A stretch of 64,000 nt of DNA from an uncultured virus (IMG/VR IMGVR_UViG_2841800567_000010) (IMGVR_UViG_2841800567_000010), one strand, 5' to 3'; positions 19,914 through 30,714 are shown, counted from the first letter of the stretch. Notes: generated from the sequence alone by a model not told the origin. Numbers and translations: made by a program.

Positions 19914-19956
19914 TAAAGCAGATTAAAAGCGCTCTTCGCGGCTTTTCCACAAACTG
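19914..19956 (+). promoter_or_regulatory. Candidate late promoter of the head operon
   Basis: TAA-N6-TTAA box with CAAACTG 36 nt downstream. Confidence 0.6.
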
Positions 19957-19985
19957 TCTCCGACAACATCATGCGGGGCAGCAAA

Positions 19986-21083
19986 ATGTCAGCCATTCAT
20001 ATTTTCAAAGCCGGTACTCATACCGACATGCACGGCACGAAACTGCCGTTCACGCAAAGCGATCTTGCCGCCTGCGTGAAAGCCTATGACCCGTCCATAC
20101 ATGAAGCGCCTCTCGTTATTGGTCACCCCAAAACGGAAGACCCGGCGTGGGGCTGGGTGAAATCCCTGTCGCTTAGCGGCGGCGATCTGCTGGCCGAGAC
20201 TGACCAGCTCGACCCGCAGTTTGCCGAACTGGTGGGCAACGGACGCTTCAAGAAGGTCTCCGCCTCGTTCTATCTCCCTGACTCACCGAACAACCCGAAG
20301 CCCGGCACGCTTTACCTGCGTCATGTCGGCTTTCTGGGGGCGCAGCCACCCTCTATTAAGGGGCTGAAGCAGGTTTCGTTTGGTGAGAAAGAAGAAGGCG
20401 TCGTGGAGTTTGCCGACTGGAGTGATATCACCAATGCCTCTTTATGGGGCCGTCTGCGCGATTTTCTGATTGCTCAGTTCGGGCTGGACGAGACCGACAA
20501 GGTGCTTCCTTCATGGCAGGTTGACTCCCTGCGCGAAGAGGCTTACCGCGATACCGGGAAGTCTGAACCGGACTTCAGTGAACACAATCCCAACCCTCAA
20601 CAAGAGAACAGCACCATGACTGAAGAAGAAATCAAAGCGCTTCAGGCGGAAAACACCCGTCTGAAGGCTGAGGCCACACAGCGAGCTGAACTGGATGCAA
20701 AGAGTCAGCAGGAGAAGCTGCACGCTGACAACGTTTCCTACGCTGAGAAGCTGGTAAGCGGCGGTCAACTGGCCCCGGCAGCGAAGTCCGTTGTTGTCGC
20801 CATTCTGGATGCGGTCTCTGCTGGCGATAAGCCGGTGGAATTCGCCGAAGGCGACACCCGCACGCCGCTTGCCACGGCGTTCAAGACATTGCTGGATGGC
20901 GCTGCACCCGTGCTGAACTTTGGCGAGCACGCAACCAAAGACCGTGTGGATACCGGTGTTTCAACGTCTCCAGCAGAGTTTGCTGAAGCCGATCCAGAGC
21001 GTCTGGCGCTGCATCAGAAAGCGCTGAAACTGTCGAAAAAAGAAGGCATCAGCTACGACGCTGCTGTCTCACGCTGCCTGTAA
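19986..21083 (+). CDS. Head maturation protease/scaffold (Mu gpI/Z-like)
   Basis: APLVIGHP, AWGWV and YLRHVGFLGAQPP, then an acidic coiled-coil C-terminus. Confidence 0.85.
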   Translation: MSAIHIFKAGTHTDMHGTKLPFTQSDLAACVKAYDPSIHEAPLVIGHPKTEDPAWGWVKSLSLSGGDLLAETDQLDPQFAELVGNGRFKKVSASFYLPDSPNNPKPGTLYLRHVGFLGAQPPSIKGLKQVSFGEKEEGVVEFADWSDITNASLWGRLRDFLIAQFGLDETDKVLPSWQVDSLREEAYRDTGKSEPDFSEHNPNPQQENSTMTEEEIKALQAENTRLKAEATQRAELDAKSQQEKLHADNVSYAEKLVSGGQLAPAAKSVVVAILDAVSAGDKPVEFAEGDTRTPLATAFKTLLDGAAPVLNFGEHATKDRVDTGVSTSPAEFAEADPERLALHQKALKLSKKEGISYDAAVSRCL

Positions 21084-21096
21084 TTAAGGAGAGAGC

Positions 21097-22050
21097 ATGT
21101 CTGATTATTTAAAGGGTAAGCGCGTCGTTGACCCGGTGCTGACCAGCATCGCACGCGGTTATAAAAATGCCGCGTTCATCGGTGAGCACATCTTCCCGAT
21201 TGTCCAGACCGACAAGGAAGGCGTGAGTGTGCCGACCTTCGGCAAATCGGCTTTTGTGGAGTACGACACCGAGCGTGCCGTGGGAGCTGACAGCAACGTC
21301 CTGGTACGTGAGAAAACCGGCAAACTGGATCTGGTTCTTAATGAGCACGATCTGGCCGCGCCAGTGGACTATCGCGAGCAGGCGGAGTCAATGTTCAACG
21401 AAGAAGCCAAGGCCATTCGTCGCGTCACCAGCGGCGTCAACCTGAAGCGTGAACTGTACGCAGCCCGCCTGGCCCAGGATAAAAACGTCTACCCGGCATC
21501 GTCCGTTAAAGCACTGGCTGCCGCTGAACGCTGGGTGGATGGCAAGGGTAATCCAATCACCGTCATCGAAGCCGGTATCGAGGTTGTACGTAACAAAACA
21601 GGCCTACGCCCGAACCTGATGACCATGGGGGCCAGCGTCATGTCACTGCTGAAGTTTCATCCGGCGATTCAGGCCGCGATTGGAGCCAACGAGCGCAAGC
21701 GTATCACCATCGAAATTCTGAAAGACCTTTTCCAGCTGGACGATGTTGTGATTGGTGAGCCGGTCTCCATGGCCTCCATGAAAGACGCGCAGGATAAGAA
21801 TAAAACCCCGTCCGATATCTGGGGCGACAACCTGATGCTGCATTACGTCGGCAAACCCCAGCCGGGCACCGACAGCGCCGACGAAAACGAACCATCGTTC
21901 GGTTATACCCTGCGCCGTAAGGGGATGCCGGTGGCGGACAAATACGACGGCGTCGGCGGCAAGGTGAAGTACTGCCGTTATACCGATATCTACAAAGTCG
22001 CCGTGGTCGGTGGCGATGCCGGGTATCTCGTCACCAACATTGTGAAATAA
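21097..22050 (+). CDS. Major capsid protein
   Basis: 317 aa after the protease; DPVLTSIARGY and PSFGYTL motifs; AAGGAG RBS. Confidence 0.85.
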   Translation: MSDYLKGKRVVDPVLTSIARGYKNAAFIGEHIFPIVQTDKEGVSVPTFGKSAFVEYDTERAVGADSNVLVREKTGKLDLVLNEHDLAAPVDYREQAESMFNEEAKAIRRVTSGVNLKRELYAARLAQDKNVYPASSVKALAAAERWVDGKGNPITVIEAGIEVVRNKTGLRPNLMTMGASVMSLLKFHPAIQAAIGANERKRITIEILKDLFQLDDVVIGEPVSMASMKDAQDKNKTPSDIWGDNLMLHYVGKPQPGTDSADENEPSFGYTLRRKGMPVADKYDGVGGKVKYCRYTDIYKVAVVGGDAGYLVTNIVK

Positions 22051-22060
22051 GGAGAGCGTC

Positions 22061-22417
22061 ATGGGTACCACTCAGCAGGTCATTCTGACCACCACTGTCG
22101 TCGCACTTGCGGCCCTCTCTCAGCAGCGTTTTGTGGGGGCCGATAACGCCCCCTGCAAGGCCGGAGCCGTGGTGCTCGGTGTGGCAGAGGTGGATGCCGC
22201 TGCCGGTGATGTCACGCCGGTTAACGTTCTGGGTATCGTCGCCGTCGAAGCGGGTGCTGCGATTGCCAGAGGACTTAGCGTCCAGTCGGATGCAAACGCC
22301 TGCGCCGTTCCCCAGACAGCAGCCACGGAAGATGCCCCTGCGGGTATTTCAGCCGGGATTGCGCTGGATGAGGCGCTGGCGGAAGGCGACGTTATCCGCA
22401 TCCTGCGCGGGGTGTGA
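22061..22417 (+). CDS. DUF2190-like capsid accessory protein
   Basis: Small Ala/Gly/Val-rich protein after the capsid gene, VEAGAAI..GIAL. Confidence 0.7.
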   Translation: MGTTQQVILTTTVVALAALSQQRFVGADNAPCKAGAVVLGVAEVDAAAGDVTPVNVLGIVAVEAGAAIARGLSVQSDANACAVPQTAATEDAPAGISAGIALDEALAEGDVIRILRGV

Positions 22418-22418
22418 T

Positions 22419-22865
22419 ATGTACTGCACCCTCGCGGATTTGCTTGAACAGGTTCCTGAGCGGACGCTAATCCAGCTCACCAATGAGGAGCTGGACTTCG
22501 ACTCGCCCGCGACGGTGAAAACTGAGGTGGTGGACAGCTGTATCCGCTATGCCGATGAGCTGATTGATGCTCACCTTCGTGGCCGCTATACCCTGCCGCT
22601 GGCAGAGATACCGACCGTTCTGCGGGACATTGCCTTCACGCTGGTGCGTTACCGGCTTTACACCCGCCGCCCGGAAGGGGCTGTCCCGGATACCGTGAAG
22701 GATGACCATAAAGAGGCCCGGCGACAGCTGGAAGGGTTTCGTGACAACAAGCTCACGCTGGGGCTGCAGTCGACTCAAAAAGACGTACCTGAGTCCGGTG
22801 AAATCCGGGCGCGGGCACGCCGCCCCACCTTTGGCGGGCGCGACGGATTACTGGAGAAATACTGA
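22419..22865 (+). CDS. Mu gp36-like head-tail adaptor (DUF1320)
   Basis: MYCTLADL..IDAHLRGRYTLPL. Confidence 0.85.
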   Translation: MYCTLADLLEQVPERTLIQLTNEELDFDSPATVKTEVVDSCIRYADELIDAHLRGRYTLPLAEIPTVLRDIAFTLVRYRLYTRRPEGAVPDTVKDDHKEARRQLEGFRDNKLTLGLQSTQKDVPESGEIRARARRPTFGGRDGLLEKY

Positions 22866-23329
22866 TGAACGTTCTGCCCGTCCTTGATGCGGTACTGGCC
22901 CGGTTACGCGAGAAGCTGCCGCAGCTGCAGGTGGAGTACTTCCCGGAAAAGCCGTCCGAATACCGCCTGAATCATCCTGTCGGGGCGTTGCTGCTGAGCT
23001 ATGCCGGTTCGCGCTTCGACAAACCCGATGATATTGGTGCGGTGATCCAGCCTCAGACCATCCAGCTCTGCGTCACGGTGGTCTTCCGCCAGCTCAACGG
23101 TAAAAGAGGTGCGATTGACGTTCTGGATGCAGTCCGCCGCATCCTCGGTGGCTACACCCCACCGAACTGCCGCCGTCGTATCTGGCTGACCCGAGAGGTC
23201 TTTATCGGAGAGGTAAAGGGACTGTGGCAGTACGCTCTCGACTTCGCCACTGAAAGCGTCTTTATCGAAGACAGCGATTTACCGTCCGGTCCGCTGTTAA
23301 CCGAAGTGAACTATGAGGAAAGCGAGTGA
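22865..23329 (+). CDS. Gp37-like tail terminator
   Basis: YRLNHPVGALLLSYAGS; position after gp36. Confidence 0.75.
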   Translation: MNVLPVLDAVLARLREKLPQLQVEYFPEKPSEYRLNHPVGALLLSYAGSRFDKPDDIGAVIQPQTIQLCVTVVFRQLNGKRGAIDVLDAVRRILGGYTPPNCRRRIWLTREVFIGEVKGLWQYALDFATESVFIEDSDLPSGPLLTEVNYEESE

Positions 23330-23580
23330 TGAAAGAATACCGCTATTCCGGCCCGGCCAGCGGCGTCACGCTGTCGGACGGAACCGAAATCCTGCTCTGG
23401 CCGGGGAAGAATGTTTCCCTGCCGGAGGAGCATGACTATGTGACGGTACTGGTGGCGCTGAAGCATCTGACGCCGGTATCTGAAGAGACTAAACCCGCCA
23501 GCACACCAGCCGTGCAGTCACCAAAGCGCAGGAACGGTGGCGACGGTGATGTGAAACCGGAGGATACCCATGTCAGCTAA
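23326..23580 (+). CDS. Small hypothetical tail-region protein
   Basis: YRYSGPASGVTL; overlaps both neighbours. Confidence 0.6.
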   Translation: MMKEYRYSGPASGVTLSDGTEILLWPGKNVSLPEEHDYVTVLVALKHLTPVSEETKPASTPAVQSPKRRNGGDGDVKPEDTHVS

Positions 23581-24997
23581 CTATCTGCACGGCGCCGAAA
23601 CCATTGAGGTGGAAAACGGTGCCTGCCCGGTTAAAACGGTGAAATCTGCCGTCATTGGTCTGATTGGTACCGCCCCGATGGGGGGCGTGAATACGCTGGT
23701 GCAGTGCCTGTCTGAGAAAGACGCAGCAGCATTTGGCAGTCAGCTTACCGGCTTTACCATTCCGCAGGCGCTGGATGCCATCTACGACCACGGCGCAGGT
23801 ACCGTTCTGGTGATTAACGTGCTCGATCCGGCTGTGCATAAAACTGCCGTGGCCGATGAAGATGTAACGTTCGATAAAGCAACGGGCAAAGCGCAGCTGG
23901 CCAATCCGGTGGTCGCCAAACTGGTACTGAAGCCGGCCAGCGACGGACAGCCCTATGTTGAAGGCCAGGACTATTCGCTCGACGCGCAGTCCGGGGCGAT
24001 TACAAATCTCGGGAAAAGCATTGCGGCGGGCGCTACAGCGACGGCCAGCTATAACTATGCTGACCCGACCAAAGTCACTCCGGCGGATATCATCGGCGCG
24101 GTTAACGCGGCGGGCAACCGAACCGGCATGAAGCTGCTCAACGACAGCTTTAACCTGCTTGGCTACTTTGCCAAAATCCTGATTGCCCCGGTGTTCTGCA
24201 CCCAGAAAAGCGTCTCTGCTGAGCTTATCGCCATGGCTGAGAAGCTGGGGGCGGTGACCTACATCGACGCACCAATTGGCACAACCTTTGCGCAGGCGCT
24301 GGCGGGACGTGGCCCGGAAGGCACCATCAACTTTAACACCAGCTCCGATCGTGTCCGCCTGTGTTATCCGCACGTCAGGGTGTACGACGCGGCCACCAAC
24401 AGTGAAAGGCTGGAGCCGCTGAGCCAGCGTGCTGCCGGTCTGCGTGCCAAGGTTGACCTGGACAAGGGCTACTGGTGGTCTTCATCCAACCAGGAAATCA
24501 TGGGGATCACCGGCGTGGAGCGGCAGCTGTCGGCGATGATTGACGACCCGCAGAGTGAAGTGAACCTGCTCAACGAACAAGGGATCACCACCATTTTCAG
24601 CAGCTACGGCAGCGGCCTTCGCCTGTGGGGCAACCGCACAGCGGCATGGCCAACGGTGACGCACATGCGCAACTTTGAGAACGTGCGCCGCACCGGTGAT
24701 GTGATCAACGAATCCTTGCGCTATTTCAGCCAGCAGTACATTGATATGCCGATTACCCAGGCACTGATTGATGCGCTGACGGAGTCGGTCAATGCCTATG
24801 GTCGCAAGCTGATTGGCGACGGTGCCCTGCTGGGCTTTAAGTGCTGGTTTGACCCTGCCAGGAATGAGGAGACGGAACTGGCCGCCGGTCACCTGTTGCT
24901 GAGCTACAAATACACGCCGTCACCACCGCTGGAGCGGCTGACGTTTGAGACCGAGATCACCTCGGAATACCTGTTAACCTTGAAAGGAAACAGCTAA
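23570..24997 (+). CDS. Contractile tail sheath (P2 FI-like)
   Basis: YLHGAETIE, GYWWSSSN and GLRLWGNRT. Confidence 0.92.
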   Translation: MSANYLHGAETIEVENGACPVKTVKSAVIGLIGTAPMGGVNTLVQCLSEKDAAAFGSQLTGFTIPQALDAIYDHGAGTVLVINVLDPAVHKTAVADEDVTFDKATGKAQLANPVVAKLVLKPASDGQPYVEGQDYSLDAQSGAITNLGKSIAAGATATASYNYADPTKVTPADIIGAVNAAGNRTGMKLLNDSFNLLGYFAKILIAPVFCTQKSVSAELIAMAEKLGAVTYIDAPIGTTFAQALAGRGPEGTINFNTSSDRVRLCYPHVRVYDAATNSERLEPLSQRAAGLRAKVDLDKGYWWSSSNQEIMGITGVERQLSAMIDDPQSEVNLLNEQGITTIFSSYGSGLRLWGNRTAAWPTVTHMRNFENVRRTGDVINESLRYFSQQYIDMPITQALIDALTESVNAYGRKLIGDGALLGFKCWFDPARNEETELAAGHLLLSYKYTPSPPLERLTFETEITSEYLLTLKGNS

Positions 24998-25518
24998 TGG
25001 CCAAGATTGAAATCAACCGCATCACCAACGCCAATATTTATATCGGTGGTGCTAACCTGCTGGGCCGGGCTGAAGAGGTCAAGCTGCCCGACGTGTCCAT
25101 GACCATGCAGGAGCATAAGGCGCTGGGGATGGTGGGCAAAGTGGAACTCCCGGCAGGTTTTGACAAGATGGAAGGTGAGATCAAGTGGAACAGCTTCTAC
25201 CGTGACGCCATGCTGTCCGCTGCCAATCCGTATAAATCACTGTCACTGCAGTGCCGTTCCAGCGTGCAGCGCTACAGTTCGCAGGGGCTGATTGATGAAA
25301 TTCCGCTGGTCACCTTCCTGACGATCATGTTCAAGAAGAACCCGCTGGGCACGTTCAAACAGCATGAGAATGCCGAGTTCTCCAGCAGCTTTACCTGCAC
25401 CTACATCAAGCAGGTACTGGATGGCGAAGAACTGCTGGAGCTGGATTATCTGGCCAATATCTTCCGCGTGGGCGGTGTTGACCAGTTGACTGACTACCGC
25501 ATTAATATCGGGGGATAA
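24997..25518 (+). CDS. Major tail tube (P2 FII-like)
   Basis: 173 aa after the sheath; GRAEEVKLP and IFRVGGVDQL. Confidence 0.88.
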   Translation: MAKIEINRITNANIYIGGANLLGRAEEVKLPDVSMTMQEHKALGMVGKVELPAGFDKMEGEIKWNSFYRDAMLSAANPYKSLSLQCRSSVQRYSSQGLIDEIPLVTFLTIMFKKNPLGTFKQHENAEFSSSFTCTYIKQVLDGEELLELDYLANIFRVGGVDQLTDYRINIGG

Positions 25519-25577
25519 ACCCCTTTCCTGATACCACGACACAAGTGATGCGAGGGGCCTGGTGGCCCCTTGCTTCT

Positions 25578-25620
25578 TAATCCCCTTTAATATCCGTCAT
25601 ACCCACCTCCGGACATACTG
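25578..25620 (+). promoter_or_regulatory. Candidate late promoter of the tail chaperone/tape measure operon
   Basis: TAA-N6-TTAA box with CATACTG 36 nt downstream; preceded by hairpin AGGGGCC-TGGT-GGCCCCT. Confidence 0.65.
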
Positions 25621-25646
25621 CTCTGAACTTACATAGGAGCACTATC

Positions 25647-25982
25647 ATGTCCCAGACCCAATCCGATATTTTTCCCCTGACGTATCCCTTCACCACCGCT
25701 GCGGGCGTCAAAGTAGAACAAATCACGCTGAAGCGCCTCACGGTCAAAGACCTGAAGCAAGCTCAGAAGGTAAGTAAAAATCCTGCTGACTGGGACGAGC
25801 TGCTGATTGCCCGTTCCTCTGGAATGCTGCCTGAAGATATTGATGGGATGGATCTGGCTGATTACATGGCCCTGCAGGAGCGATTTCAGCAAATCACGGG
25901 GCTGGGTAAGAAATCAGACACTGATAAAACAGGCCCAGGGGCTGCTGGCGAGGTGGTTCCGCTTCCAGCCGGGGGAGATTGA
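25647..25982 (+). CDS. Tail assembly chaperone (Mu gp41/P2 gpE-like)
   Basis: ITLKRLTVKDL..EDIDGMDLADY; between tube and tape measure. Confidence 0.85.
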   Translation: MSQTQSDIFPLTYPFTTAAGVKVEQITLKRLTVKDLKQAQKVSKNPADWDELLIARSSGMLPEDIDGMDLADYMALQERFQQITGLGKKSDTDKTGPGAAGEVVPLPAGGD

Positions 25983-26064
25983 CGCGCTAGATACTGACGA
26001 TCTGGAGATGTGGCTGGATCAGGCTGAAGAGCAAATCAAAAGCGAGTACGGCGACAATCAGTAG
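25900..26064 (+). CDS. P2 gpE'-like frameshift extension of the tail chaperone (start approximate)
   Basis: LLARWFRFQPGEIDALDTDDLEMWLDQA in an overlapping frame with no obvious ATG/RBS of its own. Confidence 0.7.
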   Translation, partial: GWVRNQTLIKQAQGLLARWFRFQPGEIDALDTDDLEMWLDQAEEQIKSEYGDNQ

Positions 26065-27509
26065 TTCTCCAGCCCAGTACAGCCGCACCTCGCGGCTGTA
26101 CTCTATGGCTCCACACCATTTCCTTCCCGTTTTTCTGCTTTCAGAGGATAACCACCGTGGCCAGTGAATTTTCAGTCGGCGTCATCATTGGCGGGATGAT
26201 CGGCAGCACCTTCCGCTCGGCGCTCAGTGGTACCCGGCGTGCGCTTGATTCATTGGGTGACACGTCCCGCCGTCTGCAGGAACGCCAGAACGCCTTAACC
26301 CGCGCAACAGAGCGCTATGGTCAACTGGGGTCATCCCGGATGCAGCGCCTCAACAGCGATCTGCTTCGGGTCAGCCGCACGATGGAACAGGTTGAGCGTC
26401 AGCAGCGGCGTCTGTCTGCAGCATCAGCCACCAGTGATGCGTTGAAAGCAAACCGCATGGCGCTTTATGGCCAGGGGGCAGAAACCTATGCCATCGGCAG
26501 AACACTGGGCGCACCGGTCATGGCCTCGGTCAAACAATATGCCTCGTTTGAATCACAGTTGCGGGATATCAGTGTCACTGGCGATCTGGATGCAAAACAG
26601 GAACGTGCGATTGGCTTGGCTATCAGGCAGGCCTCGCTGAAGATTAACCAACTGCAGGAGTCTCTGATGGGTGGAGTCGGACAGTTGGTTGCTGATGGTA
26701 TGGCTCCTGAACAGGCAGCAACATTTGCTGAGATGCTTGGGAAGACAGCTACAGCAACTAAGGCCGATATGACCGATCTCGCCAAAATGACTTATGCCTT
26801 TAGCGATGCGCTCAAAATTACTGACGCTAAAGAACTGGAACAGGCATTTGGTATGGCTGCTACCGGTGCAAAACTCGGCTCGTTTGAACTGAAAGACATG
26901 GCGAAGGCTCTGCCGGGGATGACGAAAGCATTTGCGGCGCGTGGCATTACCGGGAAAGAAGCGATCATGGAGATCGTTTCCAGTTTGGAAGTCGGCAAAG
27001 GTAGCGGCTCTGCAGAAGAAGCCGTTACTAATATGTCTAACTGGCTGGCAGCGATGGGGCGAAACGATACCATTCAGAAATATGCCAAGGCCGGGATTAA
27101 TTATCAGAAATCCATGCAGAACTTAGTAGCGCAAGGATTCTCGCAGTATGAGTCCTCACTAATGATTGCCAACGCTTTTATTGACGACAAAGGTAAGGCG
27201 TTTGTTCAGCAATGGGAGAAAGCTGGTGCCGTTGGTGATCGGGAAGGCCAGCAGAAGCTAATGGAGTCCTTTGGTCTGGCAGAAGTCTTCACTGATATCC
27301 AGACCGTTAACCATTTACTGTCAATGCGTCAGGGCTGGGATAAATATCTTTCCAATAAGCAGGAAATGAAAAGCCCTACAGCCCAAAATACGTTGAACAC
27401 TGATTTTACAAAGCAAAATGATACTCTTGAGGCACGTTGGCGCAGAACCCAGGTTGGGTTTAACGAGGCAGCCATCAGCATCGGAGAATCACTACGACCA
27501 GCCCTAATT

Positions 27510-28710
27510 TGTATTAGTCGCGACTTGATCTGACACTGGACCTTGAAAGGTTGAGAGTTACCGGTTTTGATATGGGTGTCTAATCCTTAAACAAAACGCG
27601 AGGTAACTCTCATGATTCATACTAACAATCCCATCATCAAACACAAAGCCGGCCTGCTCAATCTCGCCGAAGAACTCGGTAACGTATCAAAAGCCTGCAA
27701 GATCATGGGCGTGTCACGCGACACGTTTTACCGTTATCAGGAACTGGCTGCTGAAGGCGGCATCGATGCGCTGATTAACCAGAACCGCCGCGTCCCCAAC
27801 CTGAAGAACCGCGCCGACGAAGCCACTGAACGCGCTGTTGTTGAATATGCCGTTGAGTTCCCGGCCCACGGGCAACACCGGACCAGTAATGAGCTGCGTA
27901 AAAAAGGCGTGTTTATCTCCGGTAGCGGCGTGCGCTCCATCTGGCAACGGCACGACCTGGAGAACTTCCGTAAACGCCTGAAGGCACTTGAGGAAAAGGT
28001 CGCCAGAGAAGGCATCGTGCTTACCGACGCTCAAATCGCAGCGCTGGAGAAGAAGGCCCACGATGACGAGGCCAGCGGAGAAATCGAAACTGCTCACCCG
28101 GGTTATCTCGGGTCGCAGGACACCTTCTACGTGGGCAATCTGAAAGGTGTGGGTCGTATCTACCAGCAGACGTTCGTGGATACGTACCCGAAAGTGGCAC
28201 ACTGCAAGCTGTATACGAGTAAAACGCCGATCACCGCCGCAGACCTGCTCAATGATCGCGTACTGCCGTTCTACGAGGCTCAGGGACTGCCGATGCTGAG
28301 GATCCTGACCGACAGTGGAACGGAGTACTGTGGTAAGGTGGAGCAGCATGATTACCAGCTGTATCTGGCCATCAACGATATCGACCATACAAAAACGAAG
28401 GCGATGTCTCCGCAGACGAACGGCATCTGCGAGCGCTTCCATAAAACTATTTTGCAGGATTTTTATCAGGTTACGTTCCGTAAGAAGTTATACGAAGACC
28501 TGGAGAGCCTGCAAACGGATCTGGACAACTGGTTGTGGCATTACAATAATGAGCGAACTCATCAGGGAAAAATGTGCTGCGGGCGTACGCCAATGGCCAC
28601 GTTACTTGATGGTAAACGAGTCTGGGCAGAAAAAAATCTGAACCAGATGTAATCTGACAGACACCTGTATAAATAACCGGTAACTGTCAGATCAGGTCTG
28701 AGCTAGTACA
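27510..28710 (+). mobile_element. IS481-family element, copy 2 (1201 bp)
   Basis: Same IRs as copy 1; 7-bp target duplication CCTAATT at 27503-27509 and 28711-28717. Confidence 0.95.
27612..28652 (+). CDS. IS481-family transposase
   Basis: Same as copy 1 except TYP vs TYS. Confidence 0.95.
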   Translation: MIHTNNPIIKHKAGLLNLAEELGNVSKACKIMGVSRDTFYRYQELAAEGGIDALINQNRRVPNLKNRADEATERAVVEYAVEFPAHGQHRTSNELRKKGVFISGSGVRSIWQRHDLENFRKRLKALEEKVAREGIVLTDAQIAALEKKAHDDEASGEIETAHPGYLGSQDTFYVGNLKGVGRIYQQTFVDTYPKVAHCKLYTSKTPITAADLLNDRVLPFYEAQGLPMLRILTDSGTEYCGKVEQHDYQLYLAINDIDHTKTKAMSPQTNGICERFHKTILQDFYQVTFRKKLYEDLESLQTDLDNWLWHYNNERTHQGKMCCGRTPMATLLDGKRVWAEKNLNQM

Positions 28711-29829
28711 CCTAATTCAACTGGGCGAGACATTTATTCCTTTAATGGACAACGTCGGTAAATGGATCGCGGCTAATCCGCAACTTGTTAGCGGCACCAT
28801 AAAGGTTGTGGGAGCATTACTCGCTTTCAAAATGGCCACCATAGGCCTCAAGCTGGGGCTGAATCTCCTTATTTCCCCCTTCGTCAGCGTCTGGAAAAGT
28901 ACTGTACTATTGCGTACTAACTGGTTACGTCTGACCACAGCACTCGGAGAAGGCGGCAAATTACGCTGGCTCGCTACTGGATTCAGTCGACTGGCCAGTG
29001 GTGGTCTGAAACTTGGTGGCATTCTGGCAGGTAGCCTTGTTCGCGGTTTTATGATTGCGGCTCGTGCCGTTCTCTGGATTGGCCGGGCACTGCTGATGAA
29101 TCCCATTGGCCTCGCCATCACCGCTGTCGCGGCAGCGGCTTACCTTATCTACCGCAACTGGGGCGCGGTCAGCGGCTGGTTTAAGCAGCGCTGGGCTGAC
29201 ATTAAAACGGCGTTTAACGGCGGTGTCGTGGGGATTGGTAAGCTGCTGATTAACTGGTCGCCGGTTGGTCTGCTCTATAAAGCCTTTGCGGCTGCGCTGA
29301 AATATCTCGGCGCTGATCTGCCCGCGAAGTTCACTGACTTCGGTGGCCATATTATCGACGGGCTGATAAACGGCATCAAAAACAAATGGGAGTCGCTCAA
29401 AACCACCGTCACAGATATGGGCGACAGCGTCGGCGGCTGGTTCAAGGAAAAGCTGGGCATCCATTCACCGAGCCGCGTGTTTATGGGCTTTGGTGACAAT
29501 ATCGCGCAGGGTGCCGCTATCGGCCTGCAGCGCACCACTCCGCTTGCGGCGCTGGCCGGACAGAAGCTGGCAGAAGAGATGACGCCTGATGTTCCCCGTA
29601 TCCCGTCGCCGGACATCATGGCAGCGGGATATTCAGGCCGTGGCGCAGCTGCTTCTGGTGGCGGAGCGTCTGGCGGTATTCAGGTCAGCTTTAATCCTCA
29701 GTTTTTCCTCAATGGCAAAGAAACCGCAGCGCCAGCCGGACTGACCGGCGCACTGAATATGAGCCTGCATGAACTGGAGAAAATGCTGGAACGTCTGCTG
29801 GCTCAGAAACAACGTCGGGGGTACGAATA

Positions 29830-30714
29830 ATGTTTGCAGTACTGGGTGATATTGAGTTTGAGCTGATTACCTACTGGGACGGCTTCGAGGCCACGTTTGG
29901 CGTCGATTATGCCGAACATGCCCGCATCGAGGGTAAGCCCGGCCTGCAGTTCGTCGGCGATAAGCTGGACGAAATCCAGGTGAGCCTGGTCTTCCATCAG
30001 CATTATTGTGTGCCCGACGTGGAGCTGGCGAGACTGAGAACGGCGATGAAAGCCCATCAGGCGCTGGCGCTGGTTTTCGGCAACGGTGACTATCGCGGCT
30101 GGTTCGTGATTACCGATGTGACCGCGACCAGCGAGCAGACCGACAGCACCGGCAACGTGCTGGCTGTCAATGCCACCGCGTCTCTCCGGGAGTACATCGG
30201 CGACCCGAAGAACCCGTTACAGCCGCCTGCAATACGCACGCAGGTTCCCGGCGTCGGGGCGGTCTCCGGTGCCGTTCCTTCACCTTCCGGGGTGGCGCGG
30301 TACGTTCGCGACGGCGTCAATTATGCCAGACAGGCGCAGTCTGTTCTCCAGACCACTATGAGTGCCGTTCGGGTGGCGCAGAAGATGAAGGATAATCCCG
30401 CCGTTGCACTGACCCGTGTGCCGGGGCTGATGAGCGGACTGGGCAACGTGTCCGGTGCGTTAGGCCAGAGCGTTCCTGCGTTTAATGCGCTCACTGAATC
30501 CATGCCCGATGCCATCAGTCTGGCCAGAGCCACCAGTGATGCGGCTACATATGTACAACAGGCGCAGTCTTCGCTGAGCGGCGTGGACGGCAGCAATATC
30601 GCAGCGGCGCTGGATGCTGTTTCCGGGCAGCTCAACTCTGCCAGCACCACCTTCACCCGCATGTCGCCGGGGTTGAGCACCATGGCCGCCAGAATACTGG
30701 CGAGGAGTGTGTGA
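29830..30714 (+). CDS. P2 gpU-like tail protein with C-terminal extension
   Basis: MFAVLGDIEF..YAEHARIEGKPGLQFVG. Confidence 0.8.
   Translation: MFAVLGDIEFELITYWDGFEATFGVDYAEHARIEGKPGLQFVGDKLDEIQVSLVFHQHYCVPDVELARLRTAMKAHQALALVFGNGDYRGWFVITDVTATSEQTDSTGNVLAVNATASLREYIGDPKNPLQPPAIRTQVPGVGAVSGAVPSPSGVARYVRDGVNYARQAQSVLQTTMSAVRVAQKMKDNPAVALTRVPGLMSGLGNVSGALGQSVPAFNALTESMPDAISLARATSDAATYVQQAQSSLSGVDGSNIAAALDAVSGQLNSASTTFTRMSPGLSTMAARILARSV

Larger units (their letters stand above)
26157..29830 (+). pseudogene. Tail tape measure protein split by IS481
   Basis: 26157-27509 and 28718-29830 join in frame (821 aa) once the IS and one target copy are removed; NPIGLAI and KLGIHSPSRVF motifs. Confidence 0.9.
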
